Positions 32,682-42,682 of a stretch of 64,000 nucleotides of DNA are shown piece after piece. The position numbers were made by a program, and so were the translations under genes. The first letter of the stretch is position 1. Each line of letters opens with the position of its first letter. The DNA is taken from contig JAMPDH010000006.1 of NCBI GenBank assembly GCA_023665725.1, positions 71 to 64,070 of the forward strand. The letters are read 5' to 3'. This DNA comes from Clostridium sp. (GTDB lineage: Bacteria; Bacillota_I; Bacilli_A; RF39; UBA660). A model generated the notes under the pieces. That model searched no databases. It worked only from the letters and a program-made list of their open reading frames with translations, and was not told the DNA's origin.

Positions 32682-33809
32682 TTATATTATTAATTGTTGA
32701 CCTATTCTTAGTGTATTACTAGTTAAATTATTTTTTCTTTTAATACTATCTACTGTTGTATTATATGCATTTGCTATCGAATATAAATTGTCGCCTGCTT
32801 TTACTGTATATGTTATTTGGGATAATTGTGGGATTTTTAATACTTGACCTATTGTTAATAAATTACTTTTTAAATTATTTACTTGCATCAATTCTGATAC
32901 TGAAACACCATATTTATTTGCTATTGAATATAAATTATCTCCAGATTTTACTACATAATTTGTATAATTTGAACCAGTTTCTGATGTTCCCTGATCAATT
33001 ATTTGTGTTGATTTAGGTACTAATAATTTTTGACCTAATTGTAAAGTACTTGTAGTAAGATCATTTATTTTTCTTAAATTATCTACTGATATATTATATC
33101 TTTGCGCTATGGAATATAGTGTATCTCCACTTTTTACTGTATATGTATCATATTCAGTTTGTATTGCCTTTTGTTCTACAGGTAAAAGTAATTGTTGGCC
33201 AAGTGTTAACAAATTAGTCTTTAAATTATTTAAATTTACTATGTCTGAAACAGATAAATTGTAATTTCTAGCTATTGAGTATAATGTGTCACCTTTTTTT
33301 ACTGTATATGTAATGTAATCTCCAGATTCTTCTTGCTTTGTTGGTATTCTTAAAATTTGACCTAAACTTAATAAATTACTTGTTAAATTATTTGCTGTTT
33401 TTAATTCATCTACTGAAACACCGAATTTTTTTGCGATACTCCATAAGCTATCACCACTTTTTACTGTATAGTAATTACTTCCTTCTGTTGGAATGTAAGA
33501 TAAGTCTATATACTCTGAAACAGCCCTAACTACTGCTTCTGCATAATCTTCATAATTATTTTTTAGTTGTGATACATCGTCTGCTTTACTATCTAAAAAA
33601 CCATATTCAACAATAACTGGATGTGTATTTCCTGTATTTCTATGCATAAAATAATAGTCCTTTGATGTATTTGATGGTAGTCTTCTTTGGAATGATTTTC
33701 TTATATTTTGTCCTTCTTTAGCTATTTCATCTAATATTAAGTTTGGCAAAACATTATCATTTCTTAATGCATAAATTGTTTCAGCACCATCGCCACCTCG
33801 TGAGTTCAT
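32682..33809 (-). CDS. 3' fragment of a split N-acetylmuramoyl-L-alanine amidase (C-terminal part of Amidase_3 plus 6 LysM repeats)
   Basis: Begins mid-domain (..SRGGDGAETIYAL..), which is the continuation of an Amidase_3 fold; six LysM repeats follow; stop codons lie immediately upstream of its ATG. Confidence 0.8.
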   Translation of the reverse strand: MNSRGGDGAETIYALRNDNVLPNLILDEIAKEGQNIRKSFQRRLPSNTSKDYYFMHRNTGNTHPVIVEYGFLDSKADDVSQLKNNYEDYAEAVVRAVSEYIDLSYIPTEGSNYYTVKSGDSLWSIAKKFGVSVDELKTANNLTSNLLSLGQILRIPTKQEESGDYITYTVKKGDTLYSIARNYNLSVSDIVNLNNLKTNLLTLGQQLLLPVEQKAIQTEYDTYTVKSGDTLYSIAQRYNISVDNLRKINDLTTSTLQLGQKLLVPKSTQIIDQGTSETGSNYTNYVVKSGDNLYSIANKYGVSVSELMQVNNLKSNLLTIGQVLKIPQLSQITYTVKAGDNLYSIANAYNTTVDSIKRKNNLTSNTLRIGQQLII

Positions 33810-33827
33810 TTACCATTAGTAACATTA

Positions 33828-35228
33828 TTATAATGCTAAATTACATCTAAATAAATCATTTATCGCACATTTTATCATATCATCATCTAACCCATAAAAT
33901 TTAAGTTGCATAATATAAACTATATATTCTAAATATATTAAATCTAATAAAGATAACCCAATAAATTCTTTATCTATATCCCCATGAGCAAAATGGTTTC
34001 TTTGATCTGAAAGTCTTTTACCCATTTGCTTATAATCAAGTTTCTCGTTATTTAAATTATATAAATGATTCCCAAATATATCAGAAATATTACCATAGTC
34101 ATTGCCATATTCAATTATCCGTGATTCTAAATTATCTGATTTAATTAGTTTCTTTAAAAACTTAAATATTTCTTTTGACTTACCAGTATTATTTTTAATT
34201 AAATCATCAATAATATCAGTTACTCTTTTTTCTGCCTCTATTGTTTTTTTACTTTTTGCAATTCCAAGAGGATAATTTCTTTTAAATTCCCATTCAAAGG
34301 CAGCAGTAATCATTACAAATCTTCCTGCATTTATATGTCTACCTAATTCATAGGTTTCTGGTATGTGCTCTAAATAGATTGTCTTTGTCACAATATCATC
34401 TATGATTTTGCCAATAATTCCTTTAATATATCCATACTTTATAAATCTTTCCTTCTCAATAGGATAGGTTTCAATAACATCATTTTCTTGTGTTTCATAT
34501 AAAGTAGCAAATGTCTCATGTAATCCATTAGCTGTTGGTGATGCTATTTCGACACTGGAAAAAACTACATTTCTCCTATAACACAAATACTGAATAAATT
34601 GCTTAGAAACTCTTAAAAGGGTAATTATAAATTCGTAATCATCTGTTGCATCAAATTCAATAAACATCGTTGAACTTAAACTAATTGGAGATTCGCCAGT
34701 TTTATAACTGCTAGATATTGAAATACCAAAATATAATAAAAGCTCTTTTTCATCTATGCTAAATTTTTCTTTTTCTGTTGTTGTTTCAGAAAATGGCTTT
34801 GTAATAACATCTATTACTCCATTATCTCCCCAGTTGATTTTATTTAGTGCAGAAGTTGTAGGAAATATATGTGTAATTTCTGGTCCTTTAATAGCAATTC
34901 TATCAATCTTTTCTCTATTGTATTTATTAATAATATAAAACTCTATATCTATCAGTAAGGTTGAATTAATCCGACCAATACTTTTGTGTGCTGGAATTAA
35001 TACAATTCTTTGTCCTGTTTCATTTGCAATCCCATAAATAATTTCTTCTACATAAATTGGATCCCCAAATGTGTACACACCTTTTTCTATTTCTTTCATA
35101 AACCACATGCCAACTTCACGCTGTTTTTCTTTTGGTGGAATTAACTTTAATATTTTTTTGTCAAATATAAAAGTAAAATCTATTTTTTTATAACTTATTA
35201 TTCCTGTATATGTATCATAATTTTTCAT
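33828..35228 (-). CDS. ApeA-like / Abi-like protein with C-terminal HEPN (Rx4H) motif
   Basis: 466 aa; C-terminal RLSDQRNHFAHG fits the HEPN Rx4-6H motif; its size and architecture resemble ApeA-type abortive-infection proteins. Confidence 0.45.
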   Translation of the reverse strand: MKNYDTYTGIISYKKIDFTFIFDKKILKLIPPKEKQREVGMWFMKEIEKGVYTFGDPIYVEEIIYGIANETGQRIVLIPAHKSIGRINSTLLIDIEFYIINKYNREKIDRIAIKGPEITHIFPTTSALNKINWGDNGVIDVITKPFSETTTEKEKFSIDEKELLLYFGISISSSYKTGESPISLSSTMFIEFDATDDYEFIITLLRVSKQFIQYLCYRRNVVFSSVEIASPTANGLHETFATLYETQENDVIETYPIEKERFIKYGYIKGIIGKIIDDIVTKTIYLEHIPETYELGRHINAGRFVMITAAFEWEFKRNYPLGIAKSKKTIEAEKRVTDIIDDLIKNNTGKSKEIFKFLKKLIKSDNLESRIIEYGNDYGNISDIFGNHLYNLNNEKLDYKQMGKRLSDQRNHFAHGDIDKEFIGLSLLDLIYLEYIVYIMQLKFYGLDDDMIKCAINDLFRCNLAL

Positions 35229-35252
35229 ATATTAACACCCATATATATTATA

Positions 35253-36911
35253 TCATATTGTCTTTCCCCTTCTACCATATGGATTTCTTGCTAAATTCCT
35301 ATTTTCATATTTAAAAGTAATTTCTGGCACAACATCATATTTATATTTTATAGTAATATTTCTATCCTTATCAATAACTATTCTATCTATTAATGTATCA
35401 ATTAATTCTTTTTTAGGTTTATTTAAATCTAATAGTTTTTTTATCTTTTTCGTATAGTTAGGTAAAACACTAACTTTATTTTTTATTTTATATTTCTTAA
35501 GTTGTTCATTATCTATACTTTCATTTATTTCTTTAAGTTTATTTTCTGATTCACTTGCTAACGCTTTATAAGTATCTGCTGAAATTACACCATCACATCT
35601 ATCATTATATAAGATTGCTAATCTATTAGTTATTTTATCTTTTTCAATTTGTAATTCTTTAATAACTTTATATATATCAGTTGTTTCTTGATGAATATTT
35701 TTAACTACCTCGTTATTTAATTCATTTACATCAAGTTCTTCTATTAATTTTGAAATAGGCTTATTAATTTGTTCTAATATTTGTTCTTCTAAATAGTTAT
35801 ACGGATAAAAATGTGAGTAACACCTTCCTCTTACAGGATCTCTAGAATATCTATTACAATTAACTGACCAATAATCTAATTTTTTTCTATAAAGTACTGT
35901 TAATCTATTTTGACATTCTTTGCAAAATAACTTCCCCTCTAACAACCTTTTCTCTCTATTGGTCTTCACTTCATAATTTCTGGTATTTCTTTTTCTTAAA
36001 GTATTAACATAATTAAAAGTATCTTTGTCTACTAATGCTTCATGTGTATTTTTAACTATTATCCATAGTTTTTCATCTAGAGTTATTTTCTTTTTAGATT
36101 TATAGTTTACTTTTGTTTGAGTATGTTGAACTAAATCTCCAGTATAAATTCTATTACACAGAATCTTTTTTACTGTGGAAATATTCCAATTATCTCTATC
36201 AATTAACCTTGATGAATAATTAGTTTTCTTATAACCACTTGGTGTCGGTACTTTTTCGTTATTAAGCCTATTTGCTATTTCAGTAGGTCCAATTCCACCA
36301 GCTCTCCATTTGAATATATTTTTAACAATAGGTGCAGTTTCTGGATTAGGAATCAAATGTCCTTTATCTTCTGGATCTCTCATATATCCAAAACATGGTA
36401 AACTTCCAACGAATTTTCCATTTTTTCTTTTTTCATTTAATACATTTCTAATTTTAACTGAATTTTGCTTACTATAATAATCATTGCAAGCAATTATAAA
36501 TGTAGAAGAATCATTACTAGCCTGATTTTTAAAACTATCGTACGATTCTAATATAGATATAAATCTTATATTATTTTCTGGAAAGAATGTTTCAATATAA
36601 TAACCTGTCATTACATGATCTCTACCTAATCTAGATAAGTCTTTAACTATTACACAGTTAATTTTTTTATTATTTATATCTTCTAACATTTTTTGAAAAC
36701 CAGGTCTTTCAAAATCAGTACCAGAATATCCATCATCAACATATTCTTTAACTAAATTAAAATTATTATTTTTAACGAAACTTCTTAATAATTCTTTTTG
36801 ATTAATTACACTTTCACTATCAGATTCATATTTTTTATCTTTATCTTCTTGAGATAATCTTATGTAGATTCCAACATTGAAATCTACTCCAGTTAAGTAA
36901 GTATTATACAT
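35253..36911 (-). CDS. large serine recombinase (resolvase catalytic domain + recombinase + zinc-ribbon domains)
   Basis: 552 aa; N-terminal YIRLSQED...DDGYSGTDFERPGFQKML...VIVKDLSRLGRD resolvase motifs; C-terminal Cys-rich region (CKECQ...CNRYSRDPVRGRCY). Confidence 0.9.
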   Translation of the reverse strand: MYNTYLTGVDFNVGIYIRLSQEDKDKKYESDSESVINQKELLRSFVKNNNFNLVKEYVDDGYSGTDFERPGFQKMLEDINNKKINCVIVKDLSRLGRDHVMTGYYIETFFPENNIRFISILESYDSFKNQASNDSSTFIIACNDYYSKQNSVKIRNVLNEKRKNGKFVGSLPCFGYMRDPEDKGHLIPNPETAPIVKNIFKWRAGGIGPTEIANRLNNEKVPTPSGYKKTNYSSRLIDRDNWNISTVKKILCNRIYTGDLVQHTQTKVNYKSKKKITLDEKLWIIVKNTHEALVDKDTFNYVNTLRKRNTRNYEVKTNREKRLLEGKLFCKECQNRLTVLYRKKLDYWSVNCNRYSRDPVRGRCYSHFYPYNYLEEQILEQINKPISKLIEELDVNELNNEVVKNIHQETTDIYKVIKELQIEKDKITNRLAILYNDRCDGVISADTYKALASESENKLKEINESIDNEQLKKYKIKNKVSVLPNYTKKIKKLLDLNKPKKELIDTLIDRIVIDKDRNITIKYKYDVVPEITFKYENRNLARNPYGRRGKTI

Positions 36912-37217
36912 CTATCCTCCTTTTCTTCTTTAATTATCTCCTCAATAAGATATTTTAATATTAAATCTTTAAATGAAGTGTTATTCAAATAGTACTCCTC
37001 CTTTAGTTAGTTTCCTATTTAAATCTATGCTTAATTTAATTGATTTTTCATACATATATTAGACTCCTTTCTAGTTATTAACTAGTTATATATATAAACT
37101 AGTTTAATTAAATTAATTTATTATATTTTAATTTATAATATTAATATTTTTATATTTTATTTATTATATTATTATAGTTAAATGCATCTTTTAAAAATGA
37201 AAAATACATCCATTTAA

Positions 37218-37517
37218 TCAGTCTTTAAAATCTAGACTTATGGATGCATTTATTTCATTAACTATATATATTTTTCTAATGAATTTATGTTTAAATTCTA
37301 TTTTAATATAACTATTATCAGATAGTTCTTTTAACAATCTTGTAATAGCTCTAATACCTAAATTAAACCTACCAGCTAAATAACTATTATTGGCATAACA
37401 ATAACCTTGTTGATATGTTAATAACACTAATAAACCATATAGTAATTCAGCATTAGAACTTACATTAGTATCCGATAATAATACTATTAGTATTTTTATA
37501 TAATTATCATAATTCAC
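37218..37517 (-). CDS. winged-HTH DNA-binding protein (HTH_36/replisome-organizer N-terminal-like); possible element regulator or RDF
   Basis: 99 aa; AELLYGLLVLLTYQQGYCYANNSYLAGRFNLGIRAITRLLKEL resembles HTH_36-type proteins; strong AGGAGG RBS. Confidence 0.45.
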   Translation of the reverse strand: MNYDNYIKILIVLLSDTNVSSNAELLYGLLVLLTYQQGYCYANNSYLAGRFNLGIRAITRLLKELSDNSYIKIEFKHKFIRKIYIVNEINASISLDFKD

Positions 37518-37534
37518 AAATACCTCCTCTAAAA

Positions 37535-37562
37535 CGTCAAAAAAGAAGACCTAAGTCTTCTC
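37535..37562 (-). terminator. hairpin terminator downstream of hsdR
   Basis: Minus strand GAAGACTTAGGTCTTC followed by TTTTTTG. Confidence 0.5.
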
Positions 37563-37698
37563 ATAAATATTGCTATTTTACTATATTTTAGCACTTGATT
37601 TATTATAGTCAATAAATTAATTTTTCTTTTTATATTATTATTTACTATTTTTTATTCTTTTTTACATTTTAATGTTTTCTCAAGTATTAACATATTAA

Positions 37699-40600
37699 CT
37701 ATATTTCTGAATTTTGATATTTAAGTTCAGCTTGCTTAATAACTTTCTCTACAGCACCTTCACGTTTGACAGGTGGATAGTTATGCTTAATAAGTAATCT
37801 TCTAATATTACTTCTAATTCTTGCCCTAGCATCTTCACGTTTAAATGCATCCAATGTAAGATTTTCATTAATCAACTCAACTAACTCCTTAGCAATTTGG
37901 ACTAGCGTATCATCTTGCATTAGTTCTTTGATCTCAGGATCAGCACCTAAAGCATCAAAGAATGCTTTCTCTTCAGATGATAAACCATATTCATTACCAT
38001 TGGCTAGTTCTTCTTCGATTTCTTTCTTAAGCATAATCATTTCCTCAATGATTTTCTCAATATCAGCAAGATCAGTTCTTTCATTGTACATATCAACTAT
38101 CTTATTAAACTTCGTTGAAAACTTCTCTAGTAAAGTTAAGTTTATCTTCCCTATATCACCAATAGTAGTCTTAATAGCTCTTGATAATACTTCAGCCGCA
38201 ACATTCTTATCTTTCATTGATCGTAACTTACTTAACATAGCATCACTTAGTAACTCTAAACTATTACCTCTTATTAGTTCTCCCAGATTAATAAGTTCAT
38301 CTTCAGTAATTGATTCCTCTAGCATTCTACCTACAGTAGAATTAATCTCTAAAACATCAAGTTTTCCTGTGTTAGTAATCTTAGAAATAAATGATTTAAC
38401 CGAAATAATAAACAAACACTTATCCTTAACATTATCGTTTAATATACCATTACATAAAGTATATAAATTCTTAACATCTTGACTATACTTCATATATCTT
38501 CGTTTAGTATCTTCAGAAGATAACATTATGTTAGCAGCATCTCTAATCAAACCATATTTACCAGTATTATCTAGTTCTTTAAAGTCAGAATAATCAAAGT
38601 CGCCTAACATATTGTCAATAACTTCTAACTTATCAAGTAAAGCATTAACTAATTCTTCATTATCGGCAATCTTGTTTTGATCTCTAGTTGTATATGTCTT
38701 AAGAGCATCTAATAACCAACCCTTTAAACCTATGTAGTCTACTATAAGACCACCTGTCTTATCTTTATAAACACGATTAACCCTTGCAATAGCTTGCATT
38801 AGGTTATGAGCTTTCATAGGTTTATCAATATACATTGTACCGAGTGTTGGAACATCAAATCCCGTAAGCCACATATCTACAACTATAGCAATTCTAAACT
38901 TCTCATTAGCATCATCACTCTTAAACTTCCTTTCAAGTTCTTTCTTATCACTCTTAGTACCAATAGCATGTTGCATTTCTTCAGGGTCATTATTACTAGG
39001 TGTAATAATCATATTGACAACATCTTCATAGTCAGGTCTTAACTCTAAGAATTTCTTATACATTATATAAGCACTCTTTCTAGAATAAGCGACAACCATA
39101 GCACGATTAGCTGTCATATCCTTTCGCTCTTCATAGTGATTAATTATATCTTTAACAATTAACTCTAATCTATCAGGATCTTCTATAACTTGTGAAATAC
39201 GAGCCATCATTTGTTTTGATTTAGTAATAGCTGAATCATCAGCAACTCCTGACTCTTCTACAAACTTATAATAATTATCAATCTCATCAAGTATCTTTTG
39301 ATTAAGACCAACTCTAGCCATTCTTGATTCATACATAATTGGAACAGTAGCACCATCAAGTATAGCTTGCGTCATATCATAAGTGTCAATGACATCACCA
39401 AATATAGAAGAAGTAGATCTATCTTTAGTTTCTACAGGTGTTCCTGTAAATCCAATATAGATAGCATTAGGAAGTGCATCGTGTAAATATTTAGCAGTCC
39501 CATACTTCTTATAAGCTTCCATTGTTTCTAAATTAAGTTTCATTGAAGCCTCTAATCCATAATGACTTCTATGAGCTTCATCAACTAAAACTAAAATATC
39601 ATCTCTATCAGAGAATAAACCTGATTCTTCTTCAAACTTTTGTAGAGTAGTGAAGAATACTCCACCAGCAACTCTATCCTTAAGTAGTTCCTTTAAATCT
39701 CCACGATTATCAGCTTGTACTGGCTTTTGTTTCAAATAATCAGAACACTTATAGAAGGTCTCATATAATTGATTATCTAAATCATTTCTATCAGTAACAA
39801 CAACGATAGTAGGATTACAAAGCATCTTAATCATATTACCAGTATAGAACACCATAGAGAAAGACTTACCAGATCCTTGAGTATGCCAAAGTATTCCAGC
39901 TTTACCAGTTTTAGCACCATTGGTAACAGTTGAAGTAATTGCTTTCTTAACACCAAAATATTGATGGTACTGAGCAAGTATCTTTGAATCATTACTATAA
40001 AGAATGTAGTTGCCAATCAAATCTAGTAATCTCTCTTTCCTTAACATCCCTTTAAATAATTTTTCGTGAGTTGGCATATTCTCAGTAACTGAGTCAGTAT
40101 CTTCTATCTTCTTCCAATCACTAAATCTACTCCATGGGCTAGTAATAGTACCAGCCTTAGCCGTAACACCATCACTAACAATTAAGAATTGATTATATCT
40201 AAATAGTGTAGGTATAGAAATCTCTCTATACTTGTGTAACTGAAGGTATCCATCTTCTAACTTAACATCTTCGTTAGTAGCAGTCTTTAACTCAACAACA
40301 ACTAAAGGGATACTATTAACAAATATTATTATATCAGGTCTCTTTTGTTCAAATTCAACTATGGTAAATTGATTAATTGCTTGGAAGTGATTATTATATA
40401 TATTATCAAAATCAATTAACTTAACATTCTTAAATACATAACCTGAACTAGTCTTAACTTCTACAGGAACACCTTGTAATAAATACTTAGTAAACTCCTT
40501 GTTATCCTCAACTACATTACTTTGATTAAGGTTCTTAATAATACGGATAGCCTCATTAATCTGATCATCAGTAAAATCTCTATTGATATTAGCTAGATCA

Positions 40601-40728
40601 TCAAATAAACTATCCTCAGTAAAAACACTATGATAGTCCCTTTCAATATCATACCCATTCTTACAATCATAACCTAAATCGCATAATAACAGCATTGTCA
40701 TATCTTCTAATTGTTCTTCATTAAACAT
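37699..40728 (-). CDS. hsdR: type I restriction enzyme R subunit
   Basis: 1009 aa; SF2 helicase motifs (ILWHTQGSGKS, LVDEAHRS), HsdR-type N-terminal nuclease region and C-terminal domain. Confidence 0.92.
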   Translation of the reverse strand: MFNEEQLEDMTMLLLCDLGYDCKNGYDIERDYHSVFTEDSLFDDLANINRDFTDDQINEAIRIIKNLNQSNVVEDNKEFTKYLLQGVPVEVKTSSGYVFKNVKLIDFDNIYNNHFQAINQFTIVEFEQKRPDIIIFVNSIPLVVVELKTATNEDVKLEDGYLQLHKYREISIPTLFRYNQFLIVSDGVTAKAGTITSPWSRFSDWKKIEDTDSVTENMPTHEKLFKGMLRKERLLDLIGNYILYSNDSKILAQYHQYFGVKKAITSTVTNGAKTGKAGILWHTQGSGKSFSMVFYTGNMIKMLCNPTIVVVTDRNDLDNQLYETFYKCSDYLKQKPVQADNRGDLKELLKDRVAGGVFFTTLQKFEEESGLFSDRDDILVLVDEAHRSHYGLEASMKLNLETMEAYKKYGTAKYLHDALPNAIYIGFTGTPVETKDRSTSSIFGDVIDTYDMTQAILDGATVPIMYESRMARVGLNQKILDEIDNYYKFVEESGVADDSAITKSKQMMARISQVIEDPDRLELIVKDIINHYEERKDMTANRAMVVAYSRKSAYIMYKKFLELRPDYEDVVNMIITPSNNDPEEMQHAIGTKSDKKELERKFKSDDANEKFRIAIVVDMWLTGFDVPTLGTMYIDKPMKAHNLMQAIARVNRVYKDKTGGLIVDYIGLKGWLLDALKTYTTRDQNKIADNEELVNALLDKLEVIDNMLGDFDYSDFKELDNTGKYGLIRDAANIMLSSEDTKRRYMKYSQDVKNLYTLCNGILNDNVKDKCLFIISVKSFISKITNTGKLDVLEINSTVGRMLEESITEDELINLGELIRGNSLELLSDAMLSKLRSMKDKNVAAEVLSRAIKTTIGDIGKINLTLLEKFSTKFNKIVDMYNERTDLADIEKIIEEMIMLKKEIEEELANGNEYGLSSEEKAFFDALGADPEIKELMQDDTLVQIAKELVELINENLTLDAFKREDARARIRSNIRRLLIKHNYPPVKREGAVEKVIKQAELKYQNSEI

Positions 40729-40755
40729 CTTAAATCACTTCCTTTTATAATACCA

Positions 40756-41217
40756 TTATTGGTTAACCAATAATCTTATAAATAAATTTGTTAAGCCAAA
40801 AACAAATGTAACCTCATCAGCATTAATATTTTCATTATGTTTGACATTATTATTATTATACTTTAAATAATAGTCTAATAACTTGTGAAACATATTAATG
40901 AATTCTTGTGAACAATTCTTATTTTTCAAGAATGAACATATATCATTAACATTGTTTTCTAATACCCTTTCATTAGAAAGTATTTGCCTACAAATAAGCT
41001 CTAAAGTCAATCTTAAGTTATCTATTAAATTCCTTTCATATATTCCAAATTTAAACAATGAACATGCATCTTCATAGACTTTCTTTGCTTTAGGATATAA
41101 GCTTAACATTTCTCTATTTTCAATAATATCATTATCTAACTCAACACTATCTTCTTTATCTGCATATTGTGGAAAATTAAGATAAAGCTTAACCTTCACA
41201 TCTTTAAATTCTTTCAA
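40756..41217 (-). CDS. hypothetical protein embedded between hsdS and hsdR
   Basis: 153 aa, predicted all-alpha; no HEPN Rx4-6H motif found. Confidence 0.45.
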   Translation of the reverse strand: MKEFKDVKVKLYLNFPQYADKEDSVELDNDIIENREMLSLYPKAKKVYEDACSLFKFGIYERNLIDNLRLTLELICRQILSNERVLENNVNDICSFLKNKNCSQEFINMFHKLLDYYLKYNNNNVKHNENINADEVTFVFGLTNLFIRLLVNQ

Positions 41218-41265
41218 CTCACTATAATTTCTTAATTCACAAATATGTTTTATTATTTCAAATGC

Positions 41266-41511
41266 TTATTGCTCATTAAATCTTTGAAAATTCTCTTTTA
41301 GTGCTGTTCTCTTATTAGAAAAAGTTTGACTGCAACCTTGATAAATTTTAGTATGAGGAATATTAATGTTATACTCTGCAGCAAATCTATTACAAATACT
41401 AACAATTTGGGTTGTAGAAATTCCAGTATCGGTATCGCCTAAAATATCACTAGCATAATCAATAAATGAACTCATTTTACTCATAATAATCTTTCTCCTA
41501 TAAATAAACAT
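41266..41511 (-). CDS. small hypothetical protein embedded between hsdS and hsdR
   Basis: 81 aa ORF (likely start at the internal MSKMSSF). Confidence 0.35.
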   Translation of the reverse strand: MFIYRRKIIMSKMSSFIDYASDILGDTDTGISTTQIVSICNRFAAEYNINIPHTKIYQGCSQTFSNKRTALKENFQRFNEQ

Positions 41512-41519
41512 TTGTATGA

Positions 41520-42656
41520 CTAAATTTCTATATTTTCTAAGTCTATTTCACCATTCATTAGTTTTGGTAGTAGCGTATCTCGCAACTTCTCTAGGTTTTG
41601 ATTTTCTATTTTATTATTCTTCATTCTTTCAAATGATGTCGATATTAATTTACTATATCTTTCTAAGAATTGCTCATTATATTTGAACTTCATGAAATCT
41701 ATAGAAGAACTTGCATGAAGAATAGTTGTTCCTCTTGCATTTTCTCTTATTACATTCTGCGTATCTTTATTACTAAAATAAGCATATACAAAAGAATTAT
41801 CAACAATATGCTTATATTTATCTTTAACACTAATTTTCTTCATTCCTGTTGAATATGAACCACTTAATGCATAACCAATTCGTCCTATAGTAGCATCGAA
41901 TGAAACAACTATATCATTCTCATTTACAAACTTGTTATTTGCTAAGTCCTTCTTTATAAAGGTCTTACAACTTCCGTCCATATCTCCAACTCTGTAAAAC
42001 CTTATTGTATCTTCTTCTTTAGTTTCTAAATAATTCTTACTACCTGGCTCAACACCTGTTTCAAAATCAAATATTTCTTTTATATCCAATTCTTCATAAT
42101 CATCTAATTCATCTAAATATTTAGAAAAGCATTTATTGATTACTTCGTACAAATTATTATTCATCTGATTATTCAATTTAATCTTGTTACAAATATTATC
42201 TAATATTTTAGCAATTTTAATTTGAATATCTATTTTAGGTAACGAAATTTTCAAATCATAAAACGAAGAATGCTTTAAATCTGGTATTGTTGTTCCCGAT
42301 GCAGCATTAAGCATTGTATCATACATCCTTTTATTATTTAAAGAATAATATAAATATTTTGAATATACTCTTTCGTTTGGTGTAACCTTAAAAAAGTTGT
42401 TATGAAAGCACCCTGCTACTCCAGTAATTACTTGCCCAGTATTACCAGTTCTAACCACAAGTATTTCATTTTCTGTGCAAGTCACATTTTTAGGAGGATT
42501 CCCTATATAATAATTCTCTGCGGAATCTTTAAGAAATTGCACTGTTATATAAAAATGTCTATTTTCTCCTGGCTCTTTAAATCTTTTAGATATAGGTATT
42601 TGTAAACCTTGGTTAACTACACATAATTCTTTTAATTTCACCATATCATACTTCAT
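41520..42656 (-). CDS. hsdS: type I restriction-modification specificity subunit
   Basis: 378 aa; two target-recognition domains separated by a conserved central repeat; lies adjacent to hsdM. Confidence 0.85.
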   Translation of the reverse strand: MKYDMVKLKELCVVNQGLQIPISKRFKEPGENRHFYITVQFLKDSAENYYIGNPPKNVTCTENEILVVRTGNTGQVITGVAGCFHNNFFKVTPNERVYSKYLYYSLNNKRMYDTMLNAASGTTIPDLKHSSFYDLKISLPKIDIQIKIAKILDNICNKIKLNNQMNNNLYEVINKCFSKYLDELDDYEELDIKEIFDFETGVEPGSKNYLETKEEDTIRFYRVGDMDGSCKTFIKKDLANNKFVNENDIVVSFDATIGRIGYALSGSYSTGMKKISVKDKYKHIVDNSFVYAYFSNKDTQNVIRENARGTTILHASSSIDFMKFKYNEQFLERYSKLISTSFERMKNNKIENQNLEKLRDTLLPKLMNGEIDLENIEI

Positions 42657-42682
42657 ACTTTTCTCCTCATAATTTGGAAGTG

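Noticed and set aside
33810-33830. Simple precise-excision junction directly at the 3' fragment's ATG and the 5' fragment's TAG
   Set aside because: Joining exactly at ORF ends leaves the TAG in frame. The crossover must lie a few codons inside both fragments at the shared GAGG core (33796-99 / 46333-36), which does restore the frame.
37928-38482. 184 aa Ser/Ile-rich plus-strand ORF (and similar antisense ORFs 5267..5608, 8541..8792, 11053..11451, 17774..18205, 9787..10170, 38806..39042)
   Set aside because: All lie antisense inside well-supported minus-strand genes (hsdR, ctpA, cdaR, murA, etc.). Their composition bias is typical of reverse-frame translations in AT-rich DNA.
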